64,000 nucleotides of DNA from assembly GCA_964016885.1 (NCBI GenBank), contig OZ024764.1:28644001-28708000 (forward strand). Direction: 5' to 3'. Below the pieces are notes generated by a model. It had not been told where the DNA came from. It saw only the letters and a list, made by a program, of their open reading frames with translations, and did no database searches. The stretch comes from Eledone cirrhosa. Its lineage: Eukaryota. Positions 37,617 to 52,084 of the stretch are shown here, in pieces. How positions within the stretch are numbered: the stretch's first letter is position 1; the number at the start of each line of letters is the position of its first letter. Both the position numbers and the translations under genes were made by a program.

Positions 37617-39231
37617 TTACATCTGTCTGTGAACTCTTGAAAAAGCAACATACAATTGTCCAGGGTTAAATACTTGCTCAGGGAGGAACAGACCCACTTT
37701 ATCATGTATTTGACCATGGTTCTTGTTGATTGTCATGGCATATGACAGTCTTAATGGAAACTGGGGTCTTTCCAAAGTAAAAGGGATGTTGGCACCACTG
37801 GGGGATAACTTCAGTCTTGGGATCAAAACACACCTGCCCATCAAAGGACCATAGATATGAGAAGCTTTGATAAAATGTTTATGCAGTTCTACTACTTCTA
37901 ATCTTGTGCCATTACATAATCTGTTCTGGATTGAAATATTCCATAGAAGCATTATTATTGATCCTGCTTATAATTGGAGTTTGTGAGGCGGCATCCCAGA
38001 AGGTGTAAGCAAGTTCATTTAGCTTGAACCAGGCAGCAAGGGTCCCTGCATTTCTACCACAACCTGAGCATTGCCTCTTTGAAAGTAAACTCTGTTTGTT
38101 CTCCAGGTGTGTGACTAGGCTGTATACTGTATGTGATGTACCATGAAGCTTAAATTCCGAGAGACACGACACTGCTTCTGGCTGAGACACATACCTGCAA
38201 CAAAGATAGGTTCTTATTTCATCATGGTTGTGTTGGTTCTGAGCCTCATTAGGTAATGCATTATTCGTTACTTCTATAGATGTACAATCATGCCCCATGT
38301 AACATATTTAAAGAGGTACTTGACACTTTTTACAGAAGCGCAAACTTCAACATTAATATGTGCACAATATTTCTTAATCAAAAAGGCATTAAATGGCACA
38401 ACATTCCTGTTATCTACTGAATGTCATCCAATTTACACTGCAGTTCCTGTCTTGCACCTCCTGTACTCTGGGTATCCATTTAGGTTCAATAATGTTTCCC
38501 TTCTGTAGGTTTTTGGATAGTTCTTTTGGAAAAATCCATTTTGTATAAATGGGGGAAAAGGGTTTCCAGAACCACATGGCCTGTGGATCATAAACTTTTA
38601 AACCTGCTCATGTAGTACTGGATCATTTTTCCAATGCAGGTATTTCTGCTGACACGATTCTGTCAATGTCTTCTCTGTTTCTTATCTTGTCTTCATTTTT
38701 TAAGGCTCAGTGTTATCATCTGTTTAGATAATTCATTAAACCATTATACTCATCCACTCACAATTGGGCTTGATTGTTCCTCAAATATTGAAGCCTGCAT
38801 CCCTCTACTTTCATATAGGCATCCACTAAATACTGCTAAAATAATTTACCTGCCCTATATATCGCACTAAATCCTCCTCTATATGCTATACAGTATATGT
38901 AATAATCCTGCATTGTCAGTCTATTAAAACACAGGTCCTACATTCCTCTCCATGGCACTATGCCACCAAAATTCACCATTATCGGTCGGTCATGAGGTCC
39001 AAGTGGCATGAATTATGTGGTATTTTCTGAGGAGGATGGTCTTTAGGAAAGATGATAATATCTCTTTGTACAGGTGGTGTGCCCTCAATCCCCCACAAAA
39101 CAACAGCTATCATTACTAGTTGGTAAATTAGAGCAGCTCATATCTGATCCTCTTCTAAATCTTAATTCACAGTTCTGTACACGACAATTTTCTCTTCTTG
39201 CACTTTGCTGTTTGAGATGAAACAAGATAGC
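37617..39231 (-). mobile_element. Helitron RepHel pseudogene, Rep/helicase part (unit 3)
   Basis: Copy of 7491-9105. Confidence 0.95.
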
Positions 39232-41429
39232 AATGTCCATAACATTACATGACAATTATTAGCCCCAGGGGCAGATATGTCCATAACATTACATGACAGA
39301 GTTTCATCTCGCGCTCTCTCTCTCTCGTTTCATCTCGCTCTCTCTCTCTCTCGTTTCATCTCTGTCTTCCTCTCTCTCATTTCATCTCTGTCTTCCTCTC
39401 TCTCGTTCCATCTCTCTCTTCCTCTCTCTCGTTCCATCTCTCTCTTCCTCTCTCTCGTTTCATCTCTATTTCTCTCTCTCGTTTCATCTGTCTCTCTCTC
39501 TGTCGTTTCATCTCCCTCTATCTCTCTCTCGCTCTCTCATTTCATCTCTCTCTCCCTCTCGTTTCATCTCGCTTTCTCTCTCCTGTTTCATCTCGCTCTC
39601 TCTCTCCTGTTTCATCTCGCTCTCTCTTTCCTGTTTCGTCTCGCTCTCTAGTCTCGTTTCCTCTCTCTCTCATTTCATCTCGCTCTCTCTCTCTCTCATT
39701 TCATCTCGCTCTCACTCTCTCTCATTTCATCTCGCTCTCTCTCTCTCATTTCATCTCGCTCTCACTCTCTCATTTCATCTCGCTCTGACTCTCTCTCATT
39801 TCATCTCGCTCTCTCTCTCTCTCGTTTCATCTCGCTCTCTCTCTCTCATTTCATCTCGCTCTCACTCTCTCTCATTTCATCTCGCACTCACTCTCTCATT
39901 TCATCTCGCTCTCTCTCTCTCTCGTTTCATCTCGCTCTCTCTGTCTCATTTCATCTCGCTCTCTCTCTCTCTCTCTCTCGTTTCATCTCGCTCTCTCTCT
40001 CGCTCTCTCTCTCTCATTTCATCTCACTCTCTCTCTCTCTCGTTTCATCTCGCTCTCACTCTCTCATTTCATCTCGCTCTCTCTCTCTCGTTCCATCTTG
40101 CTCTCTCTCTCTTGTTTCAACACTCTCTCTTTCTCTCCCCTCTCTCTCTTGTTTCATCCCTCACCCTCTTGTTTCATCCCCCCTCTCCCTCTTCCTCTCT
40201 CTCTCTTCCTCTCTCTCTCTCTTTCTCTCTCTCTCTTCCTCTCTCTCTTCCTCTCTCTCTCTCTGTTCCTCTCTCTCTCTCTTTCACACTATATCTCCGA
40301 CTCGTTTCATCACTCTCTCCCCTCTCTCCCCTCACCCTCTTGTTTCAACTCTCTCCTCGTTTCAACTCTCTCTCCTCTCGTTTCAACTCTCTCTCTCTCT
40401 CTCCTCTCGTTACAACTCTCTCTCTCTCTCCTCTCGTTTCAACTCTCTCTCTCTTTTCTCGTTTCAACTCTCTCCTCTCTTGTTTCAACTCTCTCACCTC
40501 TCGTTTCAACTCTTTCTCTCTGTGTCTCCAATGTGTAATAAACCGTGACTCATATATATATACCGAAGAATGTACATAAACACATACATACACGCATGTG
40601 TATATATATATACATACATGTGTCTCTCTCTCTCCCTATATATATGTATATATGTATAAATATGTACATACATATTAGTGTATATATATTGCTATCTATA
40701 TGCATATTTGTATAATTATACTGTATGGTGAATTGGCAGTATCGGTAGAGGGTCTGACGCCATGCTTTCCAGCATAGTTACGTCCCTTTACGATCCGAGG
40801 TTAACTTTGCCTTTCATCCTTACGGGGTCGATAAAATAAAGTACCAGTAATGTACTGGTTAATTGCTGGCCTTGTGCCTAAAGTAGAAACAATTATTAGT
40901 TCAAAGAGAAACCACCATCCTACCTGAAATATTATGTTATCATATTAAATATTTCTTATACTGTCATGTTTTTTCTTTAAAACGATTGCATCTCAATAAA
41001 GTGAAGAAAACTATTATATACTGTTGTTATATCATTATACTTTAGTTTTAACATTTCTATGTGTATAAATATAATGTATGTAAGTGTGTTTGAAAATATA
41101 TAATAATAATATGCATGTTTGAAGCAGGGTTCAACTGAAATATCTATACCAGTAACTTAATTAGTGTTACACCTTAGGCATAAACTATTTGGCATTCTTT
41201 GAAGGAGGTACTAGGTTTTTCGCTGTCTTAAATGGAGTATACACGCGCACACGATGCATATATATAAATTGTTTTTCTCTGTACAAAGAGATTGACATCA
41301 TTTCTTAAATCATTATTTAGGGTTTTACAACAAAACATATTGTATGTGTAATTATACAAATTGAATTTAAGTATTTATTTTAAAATTTTACATACACTTT
41401 AGTAGTATATATATATATATATATATATA

Positions 41430-42197
41430 TTCATTTGTGATGCCATGCATTGTATTGTACACTTCGACATATGGATTATATTCATGCAACACCTCTCTTA
41501 TCATAGCCATTTTTTGTGGTGAGCAGTCATTATTTGTTGGGACTAGGGCAGTGGATTGGCAGTATCGGTAGAGCGTCAGACACCATGCTTTGCAGCATAG
41601 GGTTATGGCCCTTTACGTTCTGGGTTCAAATCCCTCTAAGGTTGACTTTGTTTTCATCCTTATGAGGTCGATAGAATAAAGTACCAGTAATTGCTGGCCT
41701 TGTGCCAGAAACAATTATTTGGTTGTACTTCCAATCTGTGCTACACACCTTCGTTCCCATCAATAATATATAACTGGCCATATTGTGGTGTATTTTCTGC
41801 AGGTTACAGAGATGGGTGTGTATTGATATGTTTGACCCTGAATATGAAATCTATACGGGCCTCTGCCGGGTGGTAACACCAAATGAAGTGAAATAAATGT
41901 AGTTTTAATTGCAGATGTTTCTGTGAAATCAACTGCTTCCTGGCCTCTTTCAAAGAGATTTCTCAGTCTCTCAGGGTATATTTGCAATGGTGGCAACACT
42001 ACCTTTCCTTTATTACAACAGTTACAATTTTCATTTCTAAATTTCAAAGCTCCACAGTGATCACACGAAACATTCATATCACTAATATGAAATTCTTCTA
42101 CATTTCCATTAATATTAATTGTTGGCCAATTTCTCTTACGACGCTCATTATCCATTCTTCTCTGTCTGAATGTTTTCTATTCTAAGTCTATTTGCAT
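41430..42197 (-). mobile_element. Helitron N-terminal remnant with SINE insertion (unit 3)
   Basis: Copy of 11625-12392 with an additional stop (W>*). Confidence 0.9.
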
Positions 42198-42298
42198 GGA
42201 ATAATTATATTCTGTTGTTTATTATGTAATTAAATAGCTCTGTACAATACATAGAGCATTCTTCTTTTCTTTACCTTTTCTATGGAAATACAAGAACA

Positions 42299-42347
<49 letters not shown>

Positions 42348-43820
42348 ACATACATAAACAAGACTGTTATTGCTCCAACCAGTCTATTTACCTTTGATAA
42401 CTATCCTAAATATAAATACACCTATACCATACATACATATATCATATATGTTTTTGATGCCGTGGTATAGCAGAGATAAGCAAGAAGAGAAAAGAAAATG
42501 AAAAGAGAAAAAAAAAGAAGTAAGAAGTCGGGGGAGGGACAGACACTTCACCCCAGTCTAAGTGGTCCCTCAGCCGCAACCTGTGGAAGAAACGTAAAAG
42601 CGTTACCTCGGAGCAAGGCCAGAGACACCTGCTACAATAGTCGCCCCTCCTCATGAGGCTCCTGTCATCTTTCCTCCCGACTTTATGGAGGAAATCAGCA
42701 GTACAGGGACCAAGTATGGCAGAGGTCTCAATGGAGTGGAAGAGGTGAGTCAGGCCTTGGTACTATCTTACTATCCTCTGCATTGCGGGGTGTGGAGCCT
42801 AGGTTTGTGGCTGTAGCTATATTTGAACTTTTATATGAAATTTCAACTTTATATTTTTCACATCATAAAACTTAATCTTAGTCTTTTGCAGCTCATCTTG
42901 TTTCATCTCGCAGCACACGATTCGGGAACCACTGCTCTAGAGATAGAAAAAGTATATATTATGCAGGGCTTCCCTGAGACATAAAAACTATTTCAAGAGA
43001 TCGACATGGGTAGAAAGGTTGAGAAATGCTGCACAATGTTCTTTGGTTTTTGTTCACCTTTAAATAATCATGTATAAAATATCGGGTGCGCAAGATTTCA
43101 TGAAAAGGTATAACATTATTTATGCTGATCTTGCAGGGACTAGCTCCAATTGAGAGTTTTACCAATTCCCACTAAACTCGAAACTCCTGGACAATATATA
43201 CATATCTTTATAAGTTCCTGTGTATTGTGTCGCTGTATAATGAAACATAAATATATACCATGCATGTCAGTCAGATTTGAACTCACTATATTTGGCGTTT
43301 TATAGATATAATTTGTTTGTTAAAACAATTGATTAAATAATAACTAAATAAAATTAATTCTACAATCCTGGATAGGGAATGAACTTATAACTGCATAATA
43401 GAAGCCATCTATTCGAGCAGTATTGCCATCTAAGCCACCAGGTTACTTACAGAACTTCATTCAAATATAAAATATAAAATATATGCCAGACATAGTGAGT
43501 TGGAATCTGACTGATTAGTTGGTCATTGTCCCAGCCAACAGTTTAAATCGCCAACCAGTAGGTGACATCGACTAGGTTGGGAAAACTTGGTTAAGTAGCT
43601 CCAGTTATTGCTACGTTAGACATATTCAAGACTTATCGACACTGAATGGAAGAAAGGTAAAGTTGAACTCAGAGTAAAGAACTGGAAAAATACTGCAAAG
43701 AATTCTATCTGATGTTCTAACAATTCTACCAAGTTACCTCATGTATATATATTTATATCTAGAGATAAGAAGAAAACTGAAAGAAAGAAAAGAAAAAAAA
43801 TGAGACCTTATATGTAACCC

Positions 43821-44532
43821 ATGTTACAACTCAATATATATATATTTGGGTTGTAACATATTCCCGCCGGTGAAATAAAAATTTTAATAGAAAAACGGCG
43901 GGAATATATGTTACAATCCAATCTACATATATTTGGGTTGTAACATATATTCCCGCCGTTGAAATAAAAATTTTAATAGAAAAACGGCGGGAATATATGT
44001 TACAACGCAATCTATATATATTTGGGTTGTAACATATATTCCCGCCGTCGAAATAAAAATTTTAATAGAAAAACGGCGGGAATATATGTTACAACCCAAT
44101 CTACATATATTTGGGTTGTAACATATATTCCCGCCGTTGAAATAAAAATTTTAACAGAAAAACGGCGGGAATATATATTACAACCCAAACATATATAGGT
44201 TGGGTTGTAACATATATTCCCGCCGTTTTTCTATTAAAATTTTTATTTCAACGGCGGGAATATATGTTACAACCCAAATATATATAGATTGCGTTGTAAC
44301 ATATATTCCCGCCGTTTTTCTATTAAAATTTTTATTTCAACGGCGGGAATATATGTTACAACTCAAATATATATAGATTGGGTTGTAACATATATTCCCG
44401 CCGTTTTTCTATTAAAATATTTATTTCAACGGCGGGAATATATGTTACAACCCAAAAATATGTAGGTTGGGTTGTAACATATATTCCCGCCGTTTTTCTA
44501 TTAAAATTTTTATTTCACCGGCGGGAATATAT
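43821..44532. mobile_element. MADE1-like MITE array, 4+4, centre in flipped orientation
   Basis: Central spacer acatatatagg (44189-44199) is the reverse complement of cctatatatgt (14391-14401). Confidence 0.85.
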
Positions 44533-44906
44533 ACCCTGAGAGACTGAGAAATCTCTTTCAAAGAGATTTCTCTGTCTCTCAGGGTATATTTGCAATGGTG
44601 GCAACATAACCTTTCCTTTATTACAACAGTTACAATTTTCATTTCTAAATTTTAAAGCTCCACAGTGATCACACGAAACATTCATATCACTAATATGAAA
44701 TTCTTCTACATTTCCATTAATATTAATTGTTGGCCAATTTCTCTTACGACGCTCATTATCCATTCTTCTCTGTCTGAATGTTTTCCAGTCTAAGTCTATT
44801 TGCATGGAATAATTATATTCTGTTGTTTATTATGTAATTAAATAGCTCTGTACAATACATAGAGCATTCTTCTTTTCTTTACCTTTTCTATGGAAATACA
44901 AGAACA

Positions 44907-44961
<55 letters not shown>

Positions 44962-47900
44962 ATATACATAAACAAGACTGTTATTGCTCCAACCAGTCTA
45001 TTTACCTTTGATAACTATCCTAAATATAAATACACCTATACCATACATACACATATTATATATGTTTTTGATGCCGTGGTATAGCAGAGATAAGCAAGAA
45101 GAGAAAAGAAAATGAAAATGAGAAAAAAAAAGAAGTAAGAAGTCGGGGGAGGGACAGACACTTCACCCCAGTCTAAGTGGTCCCTCAGCCGCAACCTGTG
45201 GAAGAAACGTAAAAGCGTTACCTCGGAACAAGGCCAGAGACACCTGCTACAATAGTTGCCCCTCCTCATGAGGCTCCTGTCATCTTTCCTCCCGACTTTA
45301 TGGAGGAAATCAGCAGTACAGGGACCAAGTATGGCAGAGGTCTCAATGGAGTGGAAGAGGTGAGTCAGGCCTTGGTACTATCTTACTATCCTCTGCATTG
45401 CGGGGTGTGGAGCCTAGGTTTGTGGCTGTAGCTATATTTGAACTTTTATATGAAATTTCAGTTTTATATTTTTCACATCTTAAAACTTAATCTTAGTCTT
45501 TTGCAGCTCATCTTGTTTCATCTCGCAGCACACGATTTGGGAACCACTGCTCTAGAGATAGAAAAAGTATATTTTATGCAGGGCTTCCCTGAGACATAAA
45601 AACTATTTCAAGAGATCGACATGGGTAGAAAGGTTGAGAAATGCTGCACAATGTTCTTTGGTTTTTGTTCACCTTTAAATAATCATGTATAAAATATCGG
45701 GTGTGCAAGATTTCATGAAAAGGTATAACATTATTTATGCTGATCTTGCAGGGACTAGCTCCAATTGAGAGTTGTACCAATTCCCACTAAACTCGAAACT
45801 CCTGGACAATATATACATATCTTTATAAGTTCCTGTGTATTGTGTCGCTGTATAATGAAACATAAATATATACCATGCATGTCAGTCAGATTTGAACTCA
45901 CTATATTTGGCGTTTTATAGATATAATTTGTTTGTTAAAACAATTGATTAAATAATAACTAAATAAAATTAATTCTACAATCCTGGATAGGGAATGAACT
46001 TATAACTTCATAATAGAAGCCATCTATTCGAGCAGTATTGCCATCTAAGCCACCAGGTTACTTACAGAACTTCATTCAAATATAAAATATAAAATATATG
46101 CCAGACATAGTGAGTTGGAATCTGACTGATTAGTTGGTCATTGTCCCAGCCAACAGTTTAAATCGCCAACCAGTAGGTGACATCGACTAGGTTGGGAAAA
46201 CTTGGTTAAGTAGCTCCAGTTATTGCTACGTTAGACATATTCAAGACTTATCGACACCAAATGGAAGAAAGGTAAAGTTGAACTCAGAGTAAAGAACTGG
46301 AAAAATACTGCAAAGAATTCTATCTGATGTTCTAACAATTCTACCAAATTACCTTATGTATATATATTTATATCTAGAGATAAGAAGAAAACTGAAAGAA
46401 AGAAAAATGAGACCTTATATGTAACCCATGACCAGGATTGAAACCGAAACCATGACTACCACCATCTCTGGTATCACCCACCAGACCACCATGAAAGATA
46501 CAAACATCTGCTTTTTTAATATTTATAAGCCTACTTTCAATATTAAAGTAATTAACATGTGGTGTTGTTCATGCCTTTCTCTATGTTATTGGTAAAAAAT
46601 AAAGTATTTAAACCTCAAATTTTGTTATTCAAATATGCTTGCTTATGTAATTATAAATGTCGCAGAATACACACACATATATAGATGTGAAAATATTCAG
46701 GACCCCAACGGCTGTGCTACTGCCGTTTCGACATCTATATATATATCTTTTAGTCCTAGGCTCTTTCAGCGCAGAAAGAATTCTCCAATGATCACAACCA
46801 GCTAATGGTGCCCAGTGGAAGCACTTTAGTCGAATTATAACCCCAACGATCACGATTAGCGGCGGCTTTTTCGAGTCTGAGGTTGACTGCCAGATATATA
46901 TATATATCTATATATATATATATATTTTTATACTTTGCTAGAATCCCGGAGAACAACAGAAAGATGCTGAGTTCAGAGTTTAAAAAACATGTCCCCCTTT
47001 AATATAAAAACAATCCGAGTCTTGTAAAAGTGTTATTACTGTAATATAAAGTAGAAACCCTTTATTTAAACAAAGCTGAGATGCAGCGATCATCAAAGCA
47101 AACCCCAAAATGTAAACAAACTTCTCGCAGGTGCTGCCAGATACACGATAACATGTGTATACGAAGTGTAACAGGGAGTTGGGTCGTATTATATGACTTT
47201 CAAATTGACCCCTATTATATTCAAATTATCCCCTGTGGGGCGTGCACCCCACGTTGAGAATCCCTCATAAATAAATATATGTGAGTGTGTTGCTATGACT
47301 GCTATTTCTAGCAGGTTTACTGCAGTCCTGTAGACGCACAACAAAAACCGGAAGTGGAAGCCATTAAAAAACTTTGGCTTAAAATCAGGCAAAAGTTTTT
47401 TAACAATTTGCCAAGAAAGATAACTCTTGTCTTACTTAATCGCAAAAATCGAGGCAAAAAATTTTGCGGGTGTGCAGTTTGTTTGGTGTATTTGACTGCT
47501 ATTTCTAGCATATATGGACACTTTAGAAATAGCAGCGAAACACGGGAAACATAAGAAAGAAGGACACACACGTATATATATATACATATATATATGCACA
47601 GATATATACATTTAAATATATATATTTATATATACATACACGCGCGCACACACACCTATACGTAGATATGGGTGTGTGTATAGCTGGTATATATATATAT
47701 GTATGGGTGAGTGTATAGTGGTATATATATATATATAGGTGTGTGTCCTTCTTTCTGCTGTTTTCCGTTTTTCGCTGCTATTTCTAAAGTGTCCATACAT
47801 GCTAGAAATAGCAGTCAAATACACCAAACAAACTGTACACCCGCAAAATTTTTGCCTCGATTTTTGCGATTAAGTAAGACAAGAGTTAACTTTCTTGGCA

Positions 47901-48373
47901 AATTGTTAAAAAACTTTTGCCTGATTTTAAGCCAAAGTTTTTTAATGGCTGCCACTTCCGGTTTTTGTTGTGCGTCTACAGGACTGCAGTAAACCTGCTA
48001 GAAATAGCAGTCATAGCAACACACTCACATATATTTATTTATGAGGGATTCTCAACGTGGGGTGCACGCCCCACAGGGGATAATTTGAATATAATAGGGG
48101 TCAATTTGAAAGTCATATAATACGACCAAGCTTCCAGATACACTTCGTATACACATGTTATTTGAAGTTTGTTTTGATCATCGCTGCATCGCAGCTTTGT
48201 TTAAATAAAGGGTTTCTACTTTATATTACAGTAATAAAAGTTTTACTTCGTCTACACATGTTATCGTGTATCCGGCAGCACCTATGGGCTGTTTGTTTAT
48301 ACTTTGGTGTTTATTTTGATCATCGCCTCATCGCAGGTTTGTTTAATTAAAGGTTGCGAGGGGGATCACTGAC

Positions 48374-48457
<84 letters not shown>

Positions 48458-48531
48458 AAGACACACACATATATATACATACACGCAGACATACACCTGT
48501 GTGTATGTGCGTGTGTGCGTGTCTTTGGCTG

Positions 48532-48623
<92 letters not shown>

Positions 48624-48737
48624 GTGTATATATATACAGACACACACTGTTGTTTCTTGATTTTTAGCTGCTGTTTCTAAAGTGTCTATTAATATATGCT
48701 AGAAATAGCAGTCAAGGGAACATTTACGTATATATAT

Positions 48738-49129
48738 GTAAGGACAGTAACACCTGCTGCAACAGGCATCCAACCTCGTGGGACTCCATCCTCAGACGGG
48801 CCACAGACACTGCGATGTTGCGGAGGAGCTCGGCTGTAATGGGTCCAAGTTGGCCCGGGGTCTCGACGGCGGCTGGTGCTTAGAAGAGGCTCCAGGACAA
48901 ACACCGGAATTTGTTTATTTTATGTTCATCTGCGAGACGGGCAGCGATGCTGGGGTTTGTGGATCTACCTCCTTCGAATGGGAAGAGGGTGATTCCCTCG
49001 GGGTGCTTGCCATCTCCGCGGCCTAAGCCTGCTGACTCCAGTTGAGATGGAAATTCAGCTGCGTCCAGGCTTCTTCTCACTATGTCGTTGAGAGCATTTA
49101 TGTGGCTCACACACGCGGAGGCCAAGGCG
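48738..49129 (-). mobile_element. CRE-like RLE remnant a (unit 4)
   Basis: Copy of 4069-4460 with several private substitutions. Confidence 0.85.
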
Positions 49130-50781
49130 TTGGGCTACTCCGATGCGAGTTCAATCATCATCAAGAATTTATTTGAATTGAAAGGTCACTAAACTAATAT
49201 AGGAGTGTCATTTAAAAATAAGGTAAACAGAAATAGTTACACCGGTAACATAATTACTGTGACACCGGTAGTTCACTAACAAATCATTTCACGTTCGTCT
49301 CTAACAGGTAATGTTTTAATTTGCTCTCCATGTTGGGGAGTAACTGTAGTTTGGCTTGCTAGGGGTCATACATCTTCATACACACACACATACTATATAT
49401 ATATATACAAAGGAAAGGAAGATAAACAAATATCAGAGGATTTGACCGGCTTCTTCCTCTTGGCACCTGTAGCCACCATGACGTATAAGTATAAATATAT
49501 ATATATACATATCTATCTATATATATATCATCATTTTCATTTTACGTCTGCTTTTCCCTGTTTGCAAGGGTGGGGCATATATATATATATCATCATCATT
49601 ATACATCCACTTTTCCCCGCTTGGCAGCACCTACGAGAAGTTTGTTTTGATCATCGCTGCATCGTAGCTTTGTTTAAATAAAGGGTTTCTACTTTATATT
49701 ACAGTAATAATACTTTCAGAATACTCGGATTGTTTTTATATTAAAGGGGAACATAAACATATTTTAGAGGAGGGGTGTGGAACAGAAAAGTTTGGGGACC
49801 ACTGATACACACACACATTTATTTACTATATATATGTCTGTGTGTGTATACTATATATATATATATATGTACAGGGAGGTCGAAGCATTTCAGAATTTTT
49901 CTAGGCGGGGGGGGGGGTGCAAATCCCCCTCTTTATATCAATTAGCACACACTCTCTCCCTCTCTATATCTACTACACGGCACTCTCTTCCAATACCCCT
50001 CTCTATATGAAGTAACACCAAACTCTCCCCCTCTCTATATATTAAGCACTAAGTCAGGAATTTTTTTCTTCTTTCGTGCAGAGAGAGTAAAGTTGATTAA
50101 ATCTACTGCAGTGAATTACTGGTATTTTATTTAATAAAAATTAAAATTTACTACTTGTCTTCGTTTAATTTTCGTTTTTCTTTACATAGTTTCGTTTCGT
50201 TAAATGTCTCCAGAATTTGTTTTTACTTTTACCGGATATTGAAGGTGTAAACTTGGTGTTGTCTAGAAACGTGTTAGAAATATTTTTCTTTTAATTGTGA
50301 AGAATTTAACCGCAAAGTAAGTTTTTTTTACTGTTTATTTGTGGCTGGAACAACGTATGGTATGTGTTAATGTAAATGGTGAAGGTTTAAAGATTCTTTT
50401 TACAACTGAAAATCAGTTTGTTGTTGCTGCTAATTACTTAACGCATGGAATAGATTAAAAAAATACAGGATTGTTTCTCGGAAGAGAGAAAGAAGAAACA
50501 ACAAATCACAGAAGCGGGTAGCACACACATTTGGGACCACATACAACACAAAAACAGGTAATGCACACATCTGGGACCACATACAACACACCAGCAGGTA
50601 ATACATACATCTAGGACCACATAAGCAGGTAATACACACATCTAGGACCACATACAACACACAAGCAGGTAATACACACATCTAGGACGACATACAACCA
50701 AAGGCAGGCGAAAGGGGTGGACAAACGAGCTGCTACTAGAGCAAAAGATAACAGTATCGCGAGGAGCACTGGGAAACCTCT

Positions 50782-50997
50782 CTAATGATTTTTTAGGCAA
50801 GCCAGCACGTCTGCAGCGTTACCTCGGGCGATGGCGAGGCTGAGGAGCTGGAACAACCAAGTGCCCTCACGAGCTTCACCAGTCACCTTCGTCAGGCTAG
50901 CCGCCAGTGAAGATAGGAATCTCGCAGTCAGTATCCCGACTCCCCCAAACGCCACAGGCTGGAAAATGTAGTTGGCCGACAGATCACAGTATTACTT
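50782..50997 (-). mobile_element. CRE-like RLE remnant b (unit 4)
   Basis: Copy of 6133-6348. Confidence 0.8.
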
Positions 50998-52084
50998 AAC
51001 AGTGATAGATATTCTGTCTAAAGGAGGGGCGTGCAACAGGCGGCCCGCGGGGCCACAATCGAGCCCACCTGACCAGTCAGAGTGGCCCGCAATGACTGTT
51101 GTAGGCTTATTTAGAATTTTTTCCATACCCGTAATACTTCTGTTAGTTGACCTATACTAAAGGACTTCACTGATAGGGTTATATGTGTTATAATTTCCCA
51201 GTTGACCTATACTAAAGGACTTCACTGATAGGGTTATATGTGTTATAGTTTCCCAGTTGACCTATACTAAAGGGCTTCACTGATAGAGTTATATGTGTTA
51301 TAGTTTCCCAGAGGGCTTCACTGATAGGGTTATATGTGTTATAGTTTCCCAGTTGACCTATACTAAAGGACTTCACTGATAGGGTTATATGTGTTATAGT
51401 TTCCCAGTTGACCTATACTAAAGGACTTCACTGATAGGGTTATATGTGTTATAGTTTCCCAGTTGACCTATACTAAAGGGCTTCACTGATAGAGTTATAT
51501 GTGTTATAGTTTGAAACAAACTACCTGCATCAGTTATTATACTTTTATAACACCGCTATATTACCTACATGAAAGAGGTAAATATTTATTTCTCTTGTCT
51601 TCTTAAATGTATAGAACATTTTTCTTATATATATTCTTAACATAGCTAGGACCGTTTATTATTTACTAGTCTCTACTCCTAGGACTTTGCTGGTCTCATG
51701 TCCCCTCCATCAACACACACTCGGTAGAAAGCTGGTCGTCGGAGGTAAAGTGGCCCTGATTACAGGTCTAGTATTGAAGCCTTTCGGCTTGAGCCTTGCT
51801 GATGCCGACAGAGTTCCTGTGGTAGTTTTGGTAGCACAGGTGACATTTTATTGTGTTTAGGTACCGGCTAGTGCGGACACAGAGAGCACAACCAGGTGGT
51901 GAGCTGGCAACGACCAAGTGTAGAGGGCCAGCTTTGAAATTCGAGCGACGGAGTGAACTAGTAAAAGAGGCAGGGTAAGCAGCATTGGTTCTAACGGTGG
52001 GACTAGAACGGAGGTTGGGTGGTGCTGGGGGTGGGCTAACAGCTAACAGTTGTAGGAGTGGGGGGGGTTTGCTAGGATTAATTT

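Larger units (their letters stand above)
30202..45076. repeat. macrosatellite unit 3
   Basis: Colinear; 46-bp minisatellite collapsed to ~1.5 copies, shorter CT tract, private variants in the distal part. Confidence 0.97.
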
